Shown: positions 1 to 14,836, counted from the stretch's first letter. The stretch: DNA of 64,000 bases from Octopus sinensis (GCF_006345805.1 NC_043012.1:25730001-25794000), one strand, 5' to 3'. Translations and numbers: made by a program. Notes: a model not told the origin generated them from the letters alone.

Positions 1-125
1 ATACACAGTTACAAACGCGCACTCGATTCTCTCCTCTCGTTCACTTTCGTTATGTCTGTCTGTATGCATGTATGTAAGTATGTTTGTATTATGTGTCTAT
101 TTATACATACATATATAAATATTCT

Positions 126-517
126 TTTCTACTCAAGGTACAGGGTTCGAAATCTTGGGGTGGGGGCCAGTCGATTAGATTGATCCAAGTGCGCATGTTG
201 TAATTAATTTGTCGACTCCGAAATGGTGAAAAGCAAATTCTACCTCGGCAGAATTTGAACTTAGAACGGAAAGACGGACGAAACACCTATTTCTTTACTA
301 CCCACAAAAGGGCTAAACACAGAGAGGACAAACAAGGACAGACAAACGGATTAAGTCGATTATATCGACCCCAGTGCGTAACTGGTACTTATTTAATCGA
401 CTGCGAATGGATGACAGGCAAAGTCGACCTCGGTGGAATTTGAACTAAGAACGTAACGGCAGACGAAATACCGCTAAACATTTCGTCCGGAGCGCTAGCG
501 TTTCTGCCAGCTCGTCG
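126..517 (-). mobile_element. tRNA-derived SINE family A with a tandemly duplicated body
   Basis: Head GCGAGCTGGCAGAAACG.., B-box-like GAGTTCAAATTCC, and core GGGGTCGATAAATTAAGTACCAGTTACGCACTGGGGTCGAT. The body is repeated. Confidence 0.75.
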
Positions 518-689
518 CTTTCTAGATATATAAATACTTCCTGATACATAAAAATTCTTATATACATGGAGTGGCTGTGTGGTAAGTAGCTTGCTTACCT
601 GTTACGTGCTGGGGGTCGATATAATCGGCCTAATCTCTACCCCCAAATTTCAGACAATATTAATATTGTTGTTGTTGTTCTTGTTTACT

Positions 690-951
690 TTTAATCTGCC
701 AAGACACACGCAGCATCTTAGAGTTACATTATGACTGAAAGCTTCGAGAGGGGAATCGGAAGGGGCGGTAGGCAAATATGTTCATGTAATAAAACACAGA
801 TATATAAACTGGTAGGTTTTTCCCAAGGATGTGGGCAGTACTTGTCAACACAATCTTTTGGATTTCTGTGAATCATGTTTCTCCTGAGATACTTTGATAT
901 TCCTGTCATTCCTTTCTTACCATACGTAGAGCACCCATAAAAACAGGAACA

Positions 952-955
<4 letters not shown>
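690..955 (-). mobile_element. R4/Dong-type LINE 3' fragment
   Basis: Alternative-frame translation TVPVFMGALRMVRK.. with a 3' UTR similar to that of 4590-5037. The 5' junction lies in (TAA)n. Confidence 0.7.
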
Positions 956-998
<43 letters not shown>

Positions 999-1204
999 AA
1001 TTATTTCCATTATTATTATCATCGTTATTATCATTATCATCATCATCACCATCATTATTGTTATCATCACCATCACCATTATTATTATCATTATTATTAT
1101 TATTATTATTATTATTGTTGGTTGTTGTTGTTGTTGTTATTATTATTAAGCGTCGAGCTGACAAAATGGTTACCATAGCGGACAAAATCCTTAGAGACAT
1201 TTCT

Positions 1205-1350
1205 TTCGCATTAATGTCTGCGTTCAAATTTAGTCGAGGTCGATTTTTTTCTTTCATCCTTTTAGGTTTGATAAAGTGCGTACCAGTCAAGTACTGGGGG
1301 CGATGTAATCAACTTTTCTTCCTTCAGAAATTATTGCCTAGGTTCCAAAA
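1205..1350 (+). mobile_element. SINE family A fragment
   Basis: GAGGTCGA..TTTCATCC..GATAAAGTGCGTACCAGTCAAGTACTGGGGGCGATGTAATC core. Confidence 0.55.
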
Positions 1351-1941
1351 TTTGAAACCATATGTATAAATTTATCGCATTTCTCTATCTTTTCTATTCC
1401 TTTCTCCTTATCCTTAACGCAAATCCCCACATAATTTTTTGTCATTTCTCGTCATGTATCCCCTCGTCTATGTGCCGGGGCGGGGGTTAATAAAAACATT
1501 ATCATTGTTGCTGTTGGTATTTTTTTGTCGATTGTTTTTTTTTTGCTATCATCATCATCATCATCATCACTGTGACACCATTGAAAGAGTCTTCATGGTC
1601 ATCACGTAATCTTGTCACCTACGGGACATCATCATCATCGTCATCAGCAGCATCACCACTATCATCATCATCATCATTTTTTTCCTTTCTCTCATTTACT
1701 TTCTAGTGTATAATTTGTGTTGTTCGTTTTCGATGTTGCAAAAGATTGAAAGTACTTAAAAATTTAGTTGTATGATGATTAAAAAGACAACAAAAACGTA
1801 AAAACGAACGCATTCTCTAAAAATCAGAATAACAGTTTTTCTTTGCCGCATCGTCCGTGTCATTTCATCTTATCTTTTTTATCTTGAGTTTTTATTCACT
1901 AACAATAGAAATTTAATTTATTTTCGTCTGTGTGGTGTGTG

Positions 1942-1979
<38 letters not shown>

Positions 1980-1987
1980 TAATATAT

Positions 1988-2040
<53 letters not shown>

Positions 2041-2227
2041 GGTATACATGAATGTATATGTATGTGTGTATATACGTTTATATATATATAATTATACATA
2101 CATCCATATACAGACATATATACATTCATGTATACGTATATAAATGCATATCTATCTATATGTATATATACATGTATAAGCATGCATGCACACACGGTTA
2201 CATATATAGATTTGTATTCACATGTAC

Positions 2228-2264
<37 letters not shown>

Positions 2265-3035
2265 GTGTGTGTGTATTTGTGTGTTCATGCATTTGTGTCT
2301 GTGCGTGCGTGTTCGTATGTATATCCTCAATTTTTCATTCTTTCGCATGCTTTCCCTATCGTCTGCTTTAAGGCCCGCGTATTTCATTTTGTTTCTTCTT
2401 TTCGGTGATTCTTCCTTAATTTTGACTCTTTCATTGTAAAATAATTAATTTCTTGCATTCTATTTACTTCTCTTACATTTATTTTGTTTTTAATTCTTTC
2501 AAGAAATACTTGTTTTAAGAATCTAAAAAATATATATAAATATAGATAGAAAGATACAGAGAGAGAGAGAGAGAGAGAGAGTAAAAGAAAGGCAGTGATG
2601 CAAAGAACTAATTTCAGTTATGTTATCACATGCTGTGCGTTTAAAGGAATGCTGCACAATTGCTCGTCTTCTTTGGAATTGTTCTGGTGAACCGATGCTG
2701 GTTAATTACCATTCTTGTCTTCCGATTTTATTTTTTGTTGCTTTTGCGGTTCCGTTGCTTTGTTTTGACTATTGTGTAAAATTTTCGGTCTCTCTCCTAA
2801 GAATTCTAACGTAAAATTACCAAGTCAGAAGCGAGACTCTTGCCATCGACATAATAAAAATAATTATAAAAACAAAAAAAAAAAGAAAGACACAAACTTA
2901 AAACTAAGAATAACAATAATAGTAATTATATTTATAATAATAATAATAATTGTAATTATAATTAAAAATTATAATAAATCAAAAAAAAATAATAGTAATT
3001 TAATTGATAATAGTAAGTTTCATAATAGCAATATG

Positions 3036-3088
<53 letters not shown>

Positions 3089-3580
3089 GATGATGATGAT
3101 GATGATGATGATGATATAATAATAATAATAATAATGACAGCATCAACAACAACAAAATATGAATATGTCTCCTCTAATTTCCTTCGGTGTCAATCGCGAC
3201 AATAGCGAACACTTTCTTGGAATTAGATATAAAAATAAAGGAATAAATAGTAAGTGAATAATGGTTTTCAAAAAAATGTCTTGTAGAGGGATCACGTTGA
3301 GTATTTTATTTCGTAATTATTTAGAAAAATAGAATATTTTTTATAATTCCTTGTGGATTTTTAATTTTTTATTTTTGAAATGTTTTCGGTGTCACTGTTC
3401 TCTCTAATAGAAAAAAAAATAACTTGTAATTAGATATTATTTTATAATATTTAATTTCATGTGTTACTGTTTGTTTATAGTGATGATGTTTTGAAGGTGA
3501 TGTGGCGGTGTTGTTGCTAGTGACGTTCTAATGGTTGTGGCCGTGGTGGTCGTGATGGTGATGATGATGATGATGATGAT

Positions 3581-3628
<48 letters not shown>

Positions 3629-4491
3629 ACGACGATGAGAATAATGCTGACGATACTCATGGTGATGTCGATGCTAATGACGAATACGACCGACGATGAT
3701 GAGAATGATGATGATGATGATGATGACATCGATTCTGATGTTGACATCGGTGCTGTCAATGATGGTGTTAACAACAGTGATGGTGCTATTGATGATAGGG
3801 ATGTCTTTATTTGTTCTGTGAAGTCGCTGGAAGTATGTTCATGTTAGATAATCTAGATACATTACCACTACGAACTGAAATAACACATAAATTTCACCAT
3901 GTTATATTTACATTTACGAATCACATAAAAAAACAGAACAATAACTGTATTCTTGAAGCGCAGGTCACAAATATGTACACATACGCAAAGCCAAACACGC
4001 ACACGAGGTCCGTCGTACACTTTTACACAGATGCGCATATATCAAGATGTGCATGGCTGAGATTTCAGTCTGCACCTTATTACGCTGTTCGCCCTGTCTG
4101 AATTAATAAATCGGAATTTAGGGTGAAACGTGAGGTTCTAGTTGTCAACTCTAAATATTTTGAATTCGATTAATACTCTACACAGTACCTCTATCAGTAA
4201 ATAGTTTGTTTTTCTAAAATGTCTATTGATAAACAACACTACATATAATAGACACATACCACACATACACACGGATAAACACACATACAAAAATATGTGC
4301 ATATATATATATATAAAACAATTATATTTGGGTTTTAATCTTGGAGGTCTTTTTTTTATTATTCACGGCTACGGACCATCAAACACAAGTATAATACGGA
4401 AATGGATTAAGCGACTTGTCTTATTGCAAAATATTATAATTGTTTTCATCAATATTTTATGAGAAGAGCGTCGCTAAATTATATTTATTAT

Positions 4492-4551
<60 letters not shown>

Positions 4552-4589
4552 ATTACTTAATTACTTATTTACTTTTAATTTGCATGTTT

Positions 4590-5037
4590 GTTACAATCAG
4601 TAAACGAGACACACCCAGTGCCCTGAGGCGGGTGAAGGATAAGATACGTTACAGTATACTGATAGCTTGGGGAGGGGAAGTAGCAAAATATATTCATGTA
4701 ATACAACACTGACATTTAAATGAATAGTGTTTTTCTAAGAACGTGGACAGTGTTTGTCAGCACAATCTTTTGTATTACTTTGAGACCTGGTTCTCCTGGC
4801 GTCTTATCTAGATGTTTCTGACATCCCACTTTTATCATACCTAGGGCATCTACAATAAGAAAAACGTTCCTTTTTTAAGATGCCACATCTTTTGTACTTC
4901 AATATCCAGGTCCTTATATCTACTTGGTTTGTTAAATTCCCTAACAGACACATTTCTATCAGTGAGAACACTTATTTCTATTAGTCTATAAGCATTTTCT
5001 TCCCTGTCTTTCGTAATTATGCCTGACCGATTAGACT
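4590..5037 (-). mobile_element. R4/Dong-type LINE 3' fragment
   Basis: ITKDREENAYRLIEISVLTDRNVSVREFNKPSRYKDLDIEVQKMWHLK is the RLE nuclease region. It is flanked by (ATT)n on both sides. Confidence 0.8.
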
Positions 5038-5638
5038 GAATTATTATTATTATTATATTATTATTATTATTATTATTATTGAGTGGAAGCGCAGAGAATG
5101 CCAACAAATTAATACTGGAATATAATATACGCAGCGCAGTATACCCATCATGACTACCCGTCTGACAAGGGTACACCAGGCACATGAATCACAACCATAT
5201 GTACATGACATTGTGATCTCTTATCAAGATAAACAGCGCATGACCATCCAGATGGAGTCCAGTTTGAATTTACTTCAGCTCAAGTCGCCCTACCCATACA
5301 AATGGTCCTTGAATAAGGTTCATTTAAGGAAGTTAAATGAAACCCCCAAGTTTCTAGAGGCGAATTATTCAAACTCGAAATAAATTCCTCTCGACACATG
5401 GCTATGATGCTTCCTCATTAATTCTGCTCGTGACCACAGATTTATATATTGCCAGCCACTAAGAGACATGCTCAACTGGTTAAGGTCAAATAACTGAAAA
5501 GCAAATCTGTGGTACTGAGCAGAATGTTTGCTATAGCCCATCTTTTATACCAAGACAAAACAGTGTACATGATAACACTTCCAATCAGTTAAGATCTGAA
5601 GCCATGAGAGCCACTGCCTGGTACTGCATCAGGGCATC

Positions 5639-5702
<64 letters not shown>

Positions 5703-5706
<4 letters not shown>

Positions 5707-6190
5707 GTTTGGGTTTTGCTTTGTATTTGTACTAGTTGACTCCAAGTCTCACCCAAAGGCCTCATGTGTTAAGTTAGAAGCTCAAGTTGATGTTATGAAT
5801 AGGCTGCCATATATTTGGATTTGAACGGAGTATTGTGCTAGAGAAAATTTGTCAAAACATAAGTATATTAGAATTTGTTTGAAATGTAATTTGATTATAA
5901 GATGATTATATAACGTTAAGATGGCAGTAAAAAGTGTTTGCTGTTATGTGCATTAAAAAGCATTTGGACACTGTTTACGGATTTAAATATTTTGAGGATT
6001 ACATAAACAACATTTTACGTAGGATATAGGCAGTTCCCATGAGAACACTAATATTTTTCATTTCTTCCGTCTTTAGCTTTCCTTTTATTTGAGCTAGGTA
6101 GCAATCAGCCCCTTTTGCTATCATTTCTAGGGCACTTAGGAAACAGCTATTGTTTTAGTCTTGAGCTTCCACATTTTACCAATTTATATT
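5703..6190 (-). mobile_element. R4/Dong-type LINE 3' fragment
   Basis: KMWKLKTKTIAV..MGTAYILRK plus a 3' UTR shared with 26250-26552. It ends in a long (TAA)n at 5640-5703. Confidence 0.75.
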
Positions 6191-7112
6191 ACAAAATCTT
6201 TATATTTGCTTAGTTTATATTATTAATATTTTTATAGATTATTATATTTGTTGTTGTTGGTATTATTAAATAACACAATATAATATGTATAAAATCCATT
6301 TGGATTTGGAATTTTAAAGCAAAGGCATGAAAAATCGATATTTTTGCGTTAGTAGTGTTCTAATATTCTTAGACATATAATATAATATAATAATATACCA
6401 ATACCTCACTGACAAAATGTAGATTTAACAATTCCAAATTTATATAATACAACAATTTCCTCACACCATTCTCCTTAATTATGTTATACATTTACATGTA
6501 TTCATATATCTATACGCACAGACACTTGTTATATCCTGATATTATTTTTATTGTATTTATATTTGTGTAACATTGTCCGTTTTATACATTCGCTGCTTTC
6601 TTCCAAGGAATCTAATGCTCTTAGCTTAGTATTCCCTTGGGCCTGGTCAGATTGGAGCAATCTCAAGTATAATCAACCGAAATTGTGAGGATAATCTGAT
6701 ACTTGACTGAGGAAAGAAAACTTCGAATGACCCGTCCATGTTTTCTTTGTATCATCTATTTGGATGTTTTGTTGTCCCATTTTTATATCACCTAGCTGTC
6801 CGGATGTTTTGCGTTCTTGTCCATTTTGTATATATATATATATATATATAGATATATATATATATATTATATATATATATATATATATTGACGTCAGAAA
6901 AACAAAACAAACGTCTAACCCATCAATTCAAAGTTTCTCACTCTTGACGCCTGTACGTTCTGCAAATATAACTTTCCTAAATAAAGATCACACCATATTC
7001 AAGGCTCTGATAAAGCTGTAGGATGTTATCCTGATACTCAACTAAGAGTCTAGCACATCTTATAGCAGAAACAACTGTAAAATTCGTTTTTGCATGTGCC
7101 AGCCTTTACTTC

Positions 7113-7166
<54 letters not shown>

Positions 7167-7175
<9 letters not shown>

Positions 7176-7495
7176 TTTATTCTATTTGTTTCAGTTATTT
7201 GAGTGCGGACATGCTGGGGCACCCGTAACTTAACGTCTCGGCACAACACCTCTCTGTAGGTGTTGTGCCTAGCCGTTAAGTTTAAGGACCATAAAAACAC
7301 CAATGTTGGTCGTCAATCATTGTCGGTGGAACAAACATAGACACACAAATACACACACGCACATACACACACACACAAACATGTGATGAGCTTCCTTTAT
7401 TTTCCGTCCAGCAAATCCCCTTATACGATTAGTCCGAGGCTATGTGTACTGAATCCGAAACAATGTAGTTGGGAAAACCTTCACGCCATACACCC
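7167..7495 (-). mobile_element. Degenerate SINE family B
   Basis: GTTTCAGTTATTTGAGTGCGGACATGCTGGGGCACC.. 3' module and a decayed head. Confidence 0.6.
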
Positions 7496-7987
7496 ACATA
7501 GGAAACGATCTCGTAACGTTAATTCATGTTAAATGTATTGCTTATATCTTGGAATTCATTTCGCATTTGAAAATGTTGGAAACTGTAGCAATCGAACTTG
7601 ATCACTTATCTTGAAGATTTCGAACAGATCTAACTTATTTAGGATCATAGTTGCAGTGACTTCGTGAGTAACCTTTGAAAACACTTCATGACAAGCAGGA
7701 CTATAGAAGATTATAATCATTATCATTAAAAGTGTTTTGTATATTGATTTTGTTATGTTCATTATCCATATAGATCGCAACCGAAGACGATAATCTGCAC
7801 AACCAAGAACACTTGCAGCTGTTTAGGATATAATAATCTTTTATGAGATTAGAAAAGTCAAAACAATTTGATTATTGAAGGGAACTTGGTGTTGGATTTA
7901 ATTACTCTTTTGTTCGCGGTGTATTAATAATGATAATGATAATAATAATAGTAATAATGATGATGATGATGATGATGGTGGTGGTGA

Positions 7988-8165
7988 TTTCAAATTTTGC
8001 CACAGGACAGTAATTTGTGTGGAGGGGATGATTTGATCCCATCGAGCCCACTGTTCAAATGGTACTTATTTTATCGAAGCTGAAAGGATGAAAGGGAAAA
8101 TCGACTTCGGCGGAATTTGAACTCAGAACCTGGTGGCGGGCAAAATATCGCTAAAGATTTCGTCT
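7988..8165 (-). mobile_element. SINE family A
   Basis: GGATGAAAGGGAAAATCGACTTCGGCGGAATTTGAACTCAGAAC on +. Confidence 0.7.
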
Positions 8166-8167
8166 AG

Positions 8168-8985
8168 GACTGAAAGCAGAGATACAAGGTTTCATTTTAG
8201 CCGCACAAAATCAAAGCTTGTTAACCAAAATCTACCAGGCTAACTTTCAGGAAAACGGTTCTGAACCTAAATGCAGATTCTGCGATACATTTGATGAAAC
8301 AATAGACCATCACGGGATAGCCTGTACTGACACCAAACGAATACAAAAGTCGCCACGTTAGGGTAGGCCAATATTTACATTGGAATATATGTAAACACAA
8401 AATTAGTACTTCTGCTCACTTGTATAAACATCATCCTGAGCTTGTTGTTGAATCCTCTCGGATTTTACTGTCAACACCGACAGAACGATCCAGATTAATC
8501 AACCAGATATAGTAATTAAAGAGTGGGAAGAAAATATTTGTAGACTAAATGATGTGAGTGTTCACATTGATAAGAATATATCTGTAAAGGAATTTGAAAA
8601 ATTCAGTAAACATGAGGACCTGTCAATTGTTATACAAAAGCTGTGGCATCTTAAAGCGAGAACTGTTCCTGTAATTGCAGGTGCCCTAGGTATGATAAGA
8701 AAGGTATGTCAGAAATATCTAGATAATATCCCAGGAGAACCATGTCTCAGAGTAATCCAAAAGATTGTGCTGACAATTACTGCCCACATCCCTTGAAAAA
8801 CCCTATCAATTTAAATGTTTGTGTTGTATTACATGAAGTTATATTGCTACTGCTCCTGTCACTTCCCCTCTGGAAGCTTTCAGTAATACTGTAACATCTC
8901 TCATCCTTCACTCACCCTAGGACGTTGGGTGTTTCTCGGCAAGTGATTGTAACAAACATGCAGATTAAAGGTAAATAATAATAAT
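8168..8985 (+). mobile_element. R4/Dong-type (RLE) non-LTR retrotransposon, 3' fragment
   Basis: Degenerate translation LKAEIQGFILAAQNQSL..KCRFCDTFDETIDH (zinc knuckle), ..NQPDIVIKE..RLNDVSV..KEFEKFSKHEDL (PD-(D/E)xK nuclease), ..VPVIAGALGMI. The 3' UTR ends in (TAA)n. Confidence 0.85.
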
Positions 8986-9064
8986 AATAATGATGAAAAT
9001 AATAGTAAGGATAACATAAACAATTATAGATAAGGAAGTAGATTACTTATTGACCCATCATGAC

Positions 9065-9400
9065 CGTTTGATTCCAGAAAACCTCAAAAATACAACTCAG
9101 ATTTTGGATTAGGAAGAATTTGGAGCATGCGATCAGTAGATGTGCCTATATCAATTGGTGTGTTGGGAACAGTAAAGAAAGACATAAAAAACGGCTGAAG
9201 AAGATTGGAATAGAATTGCCGGTAGAGTTCCTACAGAAAATTTGTCTGTTAGGGACAACAAAGATTAACAAGAAGGTTCTGAGCACTTGAAAGGCTGCTG
9301 AAAACTTGTGCATACTTAAGGTTACAGGTAGTCACATGCTATCAACATAAATACTTCGGGTTAGAAGACTGAACTTGAGCCAAACGAAAATAACAACGAT
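9065..9400 (+). mobile_element. RLE-type LINE 3' end (second subfamily)
   Basis: VPISIGVLGTVKKDI..LKKIGIELPVEFLQKICLLGTTKINKKVLST* followed by a UTR. Confidence 0.7.
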
Positions 9401-9491
9401 AGTGATGACGAAGATGTCTATTTTATTTTTTAAAATAAATGTTTTCAATACTAGCAGCAACAGTGACGATAATAATAATTCTTTTTACAAT

Positions 9492-9656
9492 TAGGCGCAG
9501 GAGTGACTGCGAGGTAAGTAGCTTGCTTACCAACCACATGGTTCCGAGTTCAGTCCCACTGCGTGGCATCTTGGGCAAGTGTCTTCTACAATAGCCGTGG
9601 GCCGACCAAAGCCTTGTGAGTGGATTTGGTAGACGGAAACTGAAAGAAGCCCGTCG

Positions 9657-9692
<36 letters not shown>

Positions 9693-9940
9693 TGATGTAT
9701 GTATGTATGTATGTATGTATGTATTATGTATGTGTGTGTATATGTTTGTGTGTCTGTGTTTGCCCCCCAACATCGCTTCACAACCGATGCTGGTGTGTTT
9801 ACGTCCTCGTAATCCAGAGACCGACAGATTAAGTACTAGGCTTACAAAGAATACGTTTTGGGGTCGATTTGCTCGACTAAAGGCGGTGCTCCAGCATGGA
9901 CGCAGTAAATATGACTGAAAAGAGCAAAAGAGTAAAAGAC
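9492..9940 (+). mobile_element. tRNA-derived SINE family B (head, internal microsatellite, 3' module), full length
   Basis: TAGGCGCAGGAGTG..GGTAAGTAGCTTGCTTACCAACCACATGGTTCCGAGTTCAGTCCC (A/B boxes), CTTGGGCAAGTGTCTTC, (TA)/(TATG)n, then GGCGGTGCTCCAGCATGG..AAAAGAGTAAAAG. Confidence 0.85.
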
Positions 9941-10299
9941 AAATGGCCTGAAATTAGTGATGGGTTGGATGGGTGGGGGAGTCTTGTCGATTACATAAAC
10001 CGCAGTCTTCCACTGGTACTTATGGCAATGACACCCCACCACGAACACCAACGCCAGCACCACCGAAAGGAGGAAAACTCAAATTTTGTTACATGGGTCA
10101 GAAAATTTGGGGAGACAGATTTAGTAGAATGCATTGGACTGCAATGTCTACCTGGTGCGTTATTTTCTCGACTACGAAAGCATGCTATTATCAAAATCGA
10201 CTCCCAGCATGCACAGGTGGAACCCCGAATGTAATGGTTCAGAAGAAATGAACTAGTAGTTATATATAACACTCTAACGATCGAACCAATAACATGGTT

Positions 10300-10307
10300 T
10301 TTTGTTG

Positions 10308-10371
<64 letters not shown>

Positions 10372-10740
10372 CAGTAGTAGCAGTAGTAGTAGCAGCAGCA
10401 GCAGCAGTAGCAGTAGTAGTAGTAGTAGTAGTAATAGTGTCGAGAAGACAATCGGCAAGAAACGTTAGATATCATTATAATGATGATAATGATGATGATA
10501 ATGATGATAGTGATGATGATGATGATGATGATGACGAAAAATATAGATAAAGAAGAAGAAGATTAAGAAGAGAAGAAGAAGAAGAAGAAGAAGAAGAAGA
10601 CGACGACGACGACGACGACGACGAAGAGAAGAAGAAGAAGAAGAAGAAGAAGAAGAAGAAGAAGAAGAAGAAGAAGCAGAAGAAGAAGAAGAAGAAGAAG
10701 AAGAAGAAGAAGAAGAAGAAGAAGAAGAAGAAGGCCACTA
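10300..10740. repeat. Compound (GTT)(GGT)(AGT)(GCA)(GAT)(AAG)n microsatellites
   Basis: Direct reading. Confidence 0.95.
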
Positions 10741-11884
10741 CCAACAACAGCAAGAACAACAACGATCGAGACAACAATAGCCTCAATGATGCTATTACCA
10801 AGATGAACGACCACATCATATTTCTAATAAGAAACATCTGTAGATGTCATTGGAATTTCGTTCCTGGGGATATAACACGTTTCGTTGCTGGAATTGCTAA
10901 ATCTGATTTCAAATGTAAAAGACTTACGAAACAATCCTCGTTGATTCTTATAATAGAATTGTGTGGGTGTGTGTGTGTGTGTTTCTATATTTCCTAGATT
11001 TGCGTGTGAGTGTATATGTGTGTATGTATATATGCATATGTGTGTATGTATATATGCATATGTGTATGATTTTGCGTATGTGTGTATAGATGCGTTTGGG
11101 TGGTTTCATCGGATACTGATATATATATATAAGTGTGCACACATGTAAGAACATATATACATACATGCAGACGTATATACATACATATATGTATATATCT
11201 ATATATGTATATACATATAACTGTATATTTATATATATAAATTATATACATATACATACTTACAAGCATATATATATATATATATAGCGAGACGTGTGTG
11301 TATATTGAAGTATCTTTAAGTATGCATGTTTCTATGTATCAAAGCGCACATAATATAATCTGGAAAAATGAAGGTTGTGTGTATGTGACGTTTCTGAATA
11401 TGTGAATTCATGTGTGTGTATTTATATGCACGTGTGTGGTTATTACGTTACAAAAGTGTCATTAATTTTGTGTATGTGGGCGTATGTGTGCTTACAATAG
11501 TTTGACGCTATATGATTTGAGGTGTATGGTGGGTAACCAGAAAAGCTGGTAGAGGTATGCGAAAATCTGATTAATGGTTCATATATTTCTGTTATTTATT
11601 TTGGGAGATTTTTTAAGAATAATTTCATTTTTGTTTACTATCTTGTTCTCATTTTTACCAAATAACTTTACGCTATGCATGTGTGTGTGTATATATATAT
11701 ATGTGTGTGTGCGTGTGTGTGTGTGTGTGTGTGGTGTTTTAGCTGAAATATGCGCATGCGTACACGCTGGTGGGAATCTCGTCGGTTAGTGATGGTCGAG
11801 AGTGATTTTTTTCCTCTTTTTTCGTCAAGAGTAAAAACAGCTGTTTTAGATGGTCGTTTCAAATTTATGTAGAAGAAATGACGT

Positions 11885-11904
11885 TAATAATAATGGTTAC
11901 ACCG

Positions 11905-11941
<37 letters not shown>

Positions 11942-12233
11942 TAATATAATAATACTAATAATATAATAATAATAATAATAATAAAAAAAACAATATAATA
12001 ATATAATAATAATAATAATAATAATATATGAAAATAATAAAAACTAAGAATAACAATAATATAATAATAATAATAATAATAATAATATAATAATATCACA
12101 AATAATATTAACGTCAATAACATTATTGATAAAAGAATGATAATGCTCATAGCAATAATATTGATAATAATATCACTATCAAAAATATTACAAATTTAAA
12201 TAAAAAATAATCACAATAATATGAACATTAATG

Positions 12234-12273
<40 letters not shown>

Positions 12274-12301
12274 TGATAATAATAATAATAATAATAATAA
12301 T

Positions 12302-12342
<41 letters not shown>

Positions 12343-12431
12343 TAATAATAATAATAACAATAAAGATAATAATAATAATAGTAACAATAATAATAATAAT
12401 GATAATAATAATAATAACAATAATAATAATG

Positions 12432-12480
<49 letters not shown>

Positions 12481-12490
12481 TAAAAATAAT
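11885..12490. repeat. Long (AAT)n arrays
   Basis: Direct reading. Confidence 0.95.
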
Positions 12491-13127
12491 ATTTGCGATT
12501 AGTCAAAACAAATGGATCAAGGAATAGGGGATTTAAGGCGCTGCTGTTTGTCATCTCTGCTTTTGTCTTTACTAATGCTATAGTTATTTTTGTTGTTGTT
12601 GTTACATATGCTGTGATTACTTTGTTTTCTTTTTTTCTTGTAATAGCAATAGTTCTTTTTGGTAATTGTTGCGGTACTGTTTTTGGTGTTCGTTTCTCGT
12701 GATTTCAACCACAAGCAGTCAATATGACAGTGTCATTTTGCTTGGGAAATCGAAATCGAAGGAAATTTATATTTCCATCAAATGCATGAGGAAGAATGAT
12801 CGGATAAGAAAAAAAATAAGATGGTGACGAAGAACAAGAAGAGAGGAATACCATAAAACAAAAGGGAAAAGAAAAAAGGGATTAAAGAAGCAAATTTATT
12901 TCCCAAATAGTTGGAAGGAAATCAGAAATTAAAGAATGGGAGGAAAGAGTGTAAGAAAGAAAGGAGAAATAGGGGAGAGAAGGAAGGAAGGAATGAAGGA
13001 AGGAAGGAGAAAAAAGGAACCAAACCATCGAACAGAATAAAGTAGAGAATAAACTAGAAAAGCAGAACGGCGTGCAATAAAGTTACAACCATAATCATAC
13101 ATAGACATGCATACATACATGCCTGTA

Positions 13128-13173
<46 letters not shown>

Positions 13174-13312
13174 TTATGTATGTATGTATGTAAGTATATA
13201 TATATATGTATATACATATATCTATATACATACATAAAAATACACTCATACATATATATATATTTATGCGTGTATGCGTATCCTTATATATATTTGAACA
13301 TGTATTTGTGTG

Positions 13313-13345
<33 letters not shown>

Positions 13346-14672
13346 GTATGCGTGTGCTAAGGACACCTTAGCTATGTCTAATCATGAGTGGCAAGAGTAG
13401 TTATAGGATTTATCATCTAATTTCTAGTTTCACTGATATTCGCTAAATACACCCGTCTCCTTGAATTAAAATTGGTAATTTGATGCGGAGAAAGAGCCCT
13501 GTAGACACACACACACATATTTCTGTGTGTCTATATGTGCATATATACGTTGGCAAATACATAAATATATATGCGACAATGTTCATTGCGTATTGTATGT
13601 ATGTGTGTTTGTTTGAATTTACCTCATTGTGAGTGGTTGCATTGGTACGCAGACAAATGTATTATAAATCTACACCTCTATAGTGCTGAATACATATGTA
13701 ACCAACAGTCCCTTACTGTGGCCAATAACAACTTCTTGAATAACTCGTATTTCTTGATCTACCTTGATCTGGTCACTAAATGCATCAGCCATTCACTAGG
13801 CGATAATATAAGCAACCACTATAACACTGAAACACATTTTTCGAGTCTCACAGAATACATATTTAATAATATTAACCACCATACAACATATCTTCAGGGA
13901 CAAGTTCTCTCCCACTCACTATGGCAAGAAACTGAAGTACTTTGGATTTGCAAATGTCCTCATACACCAATATTGCATACAAAACAATCAAGCTTTAAAA
14001 ATATGGCTGCTACACAAAAGACGTAATTCGGATAATATTTCCATTGTTTACCGTCATACATCGAGTACAACGAGATTTATAGTACGTGGCCGCGATATAA
14101 CACATTGGTATTAAGTGCTTTACACTTCCGCTACAATTTCGCTAGCTCCTTTAGAAGCTACGCAAAAGTAATAATTATTTCAACGATCTTGCTTTTGAAA
14201 TACACAATTGTAGAGACACTATCATTCATTCTTGGTGTAAAGCTAACTAATCAGCTACTTTACAATGGAACATAAATTGAAATATTTATATTGCGTACAA
14301 GTTAAAACGTTTCAAAATTTGAATTCAAATGTAAAATTATTTATCTAGCCATATTTAACTATATTTGTGTGTGTACTTCTGTTTGTACGAGGAACTCCCA
14401 CACAACAACAAACATCTCTTGTAAACTTAATGCAATCTTAAGCCAGCGCATATTATATTTCATATAGGTGTGAAAGCGTTCACACACACACATAAATGTA
14501 TATTTAGTTCTGTGCGTGCGCTTGTGTGTATCTAAATCTATATACAAATGAATACAAGCTTATTTATACATATGCGTATACTATATATATATAATATATT
14601 ATATTATATTATATATATATATAATATATATATATGTTATATTGTATGTATGTATGTATGCATGTATGTATA

Positions 14673-14836
14673 TACAGCTTGGCACCTGTGACGTCGCAAC
14701 TCATTTCTACAGCTGATTGAAGTGGATAACGTGAAATAAAGTGCCTGCTCAAAAACAACACAGACCCTGGTCAGAGTTCGAACTCACAACTTCACGATCG
14801 TAAGCACGTCGCCCTAACCACTAAGCCATGCGCCTT
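14673..14836 (-). mobile_element. tRNA-derived SINE family C (head)
   Basis: Minus strand GGCGCATGGCTTAGTGGTTAGGG..GTGAGTTCGAACTC; CATTTCTACAGCTG core on +. Confidence 0.75.

Noticed and set aside
6712-6745. CTGAGGA-AAGAAAACTT-CGAA..GTC in a repeat
   Set aside because: A15.1 is missing and there is no stem I pairing; at most a decayed remnant.
9492-9570. tRNA-like A/B boxes
   Set aside because: SINE heads without a complete cloverleaf; not tRNA genes.
13571-14026. 151-aa ORF in non-repetitive sequence
   Set aside because: No recognisable motif in any frame and no clear splice signals.
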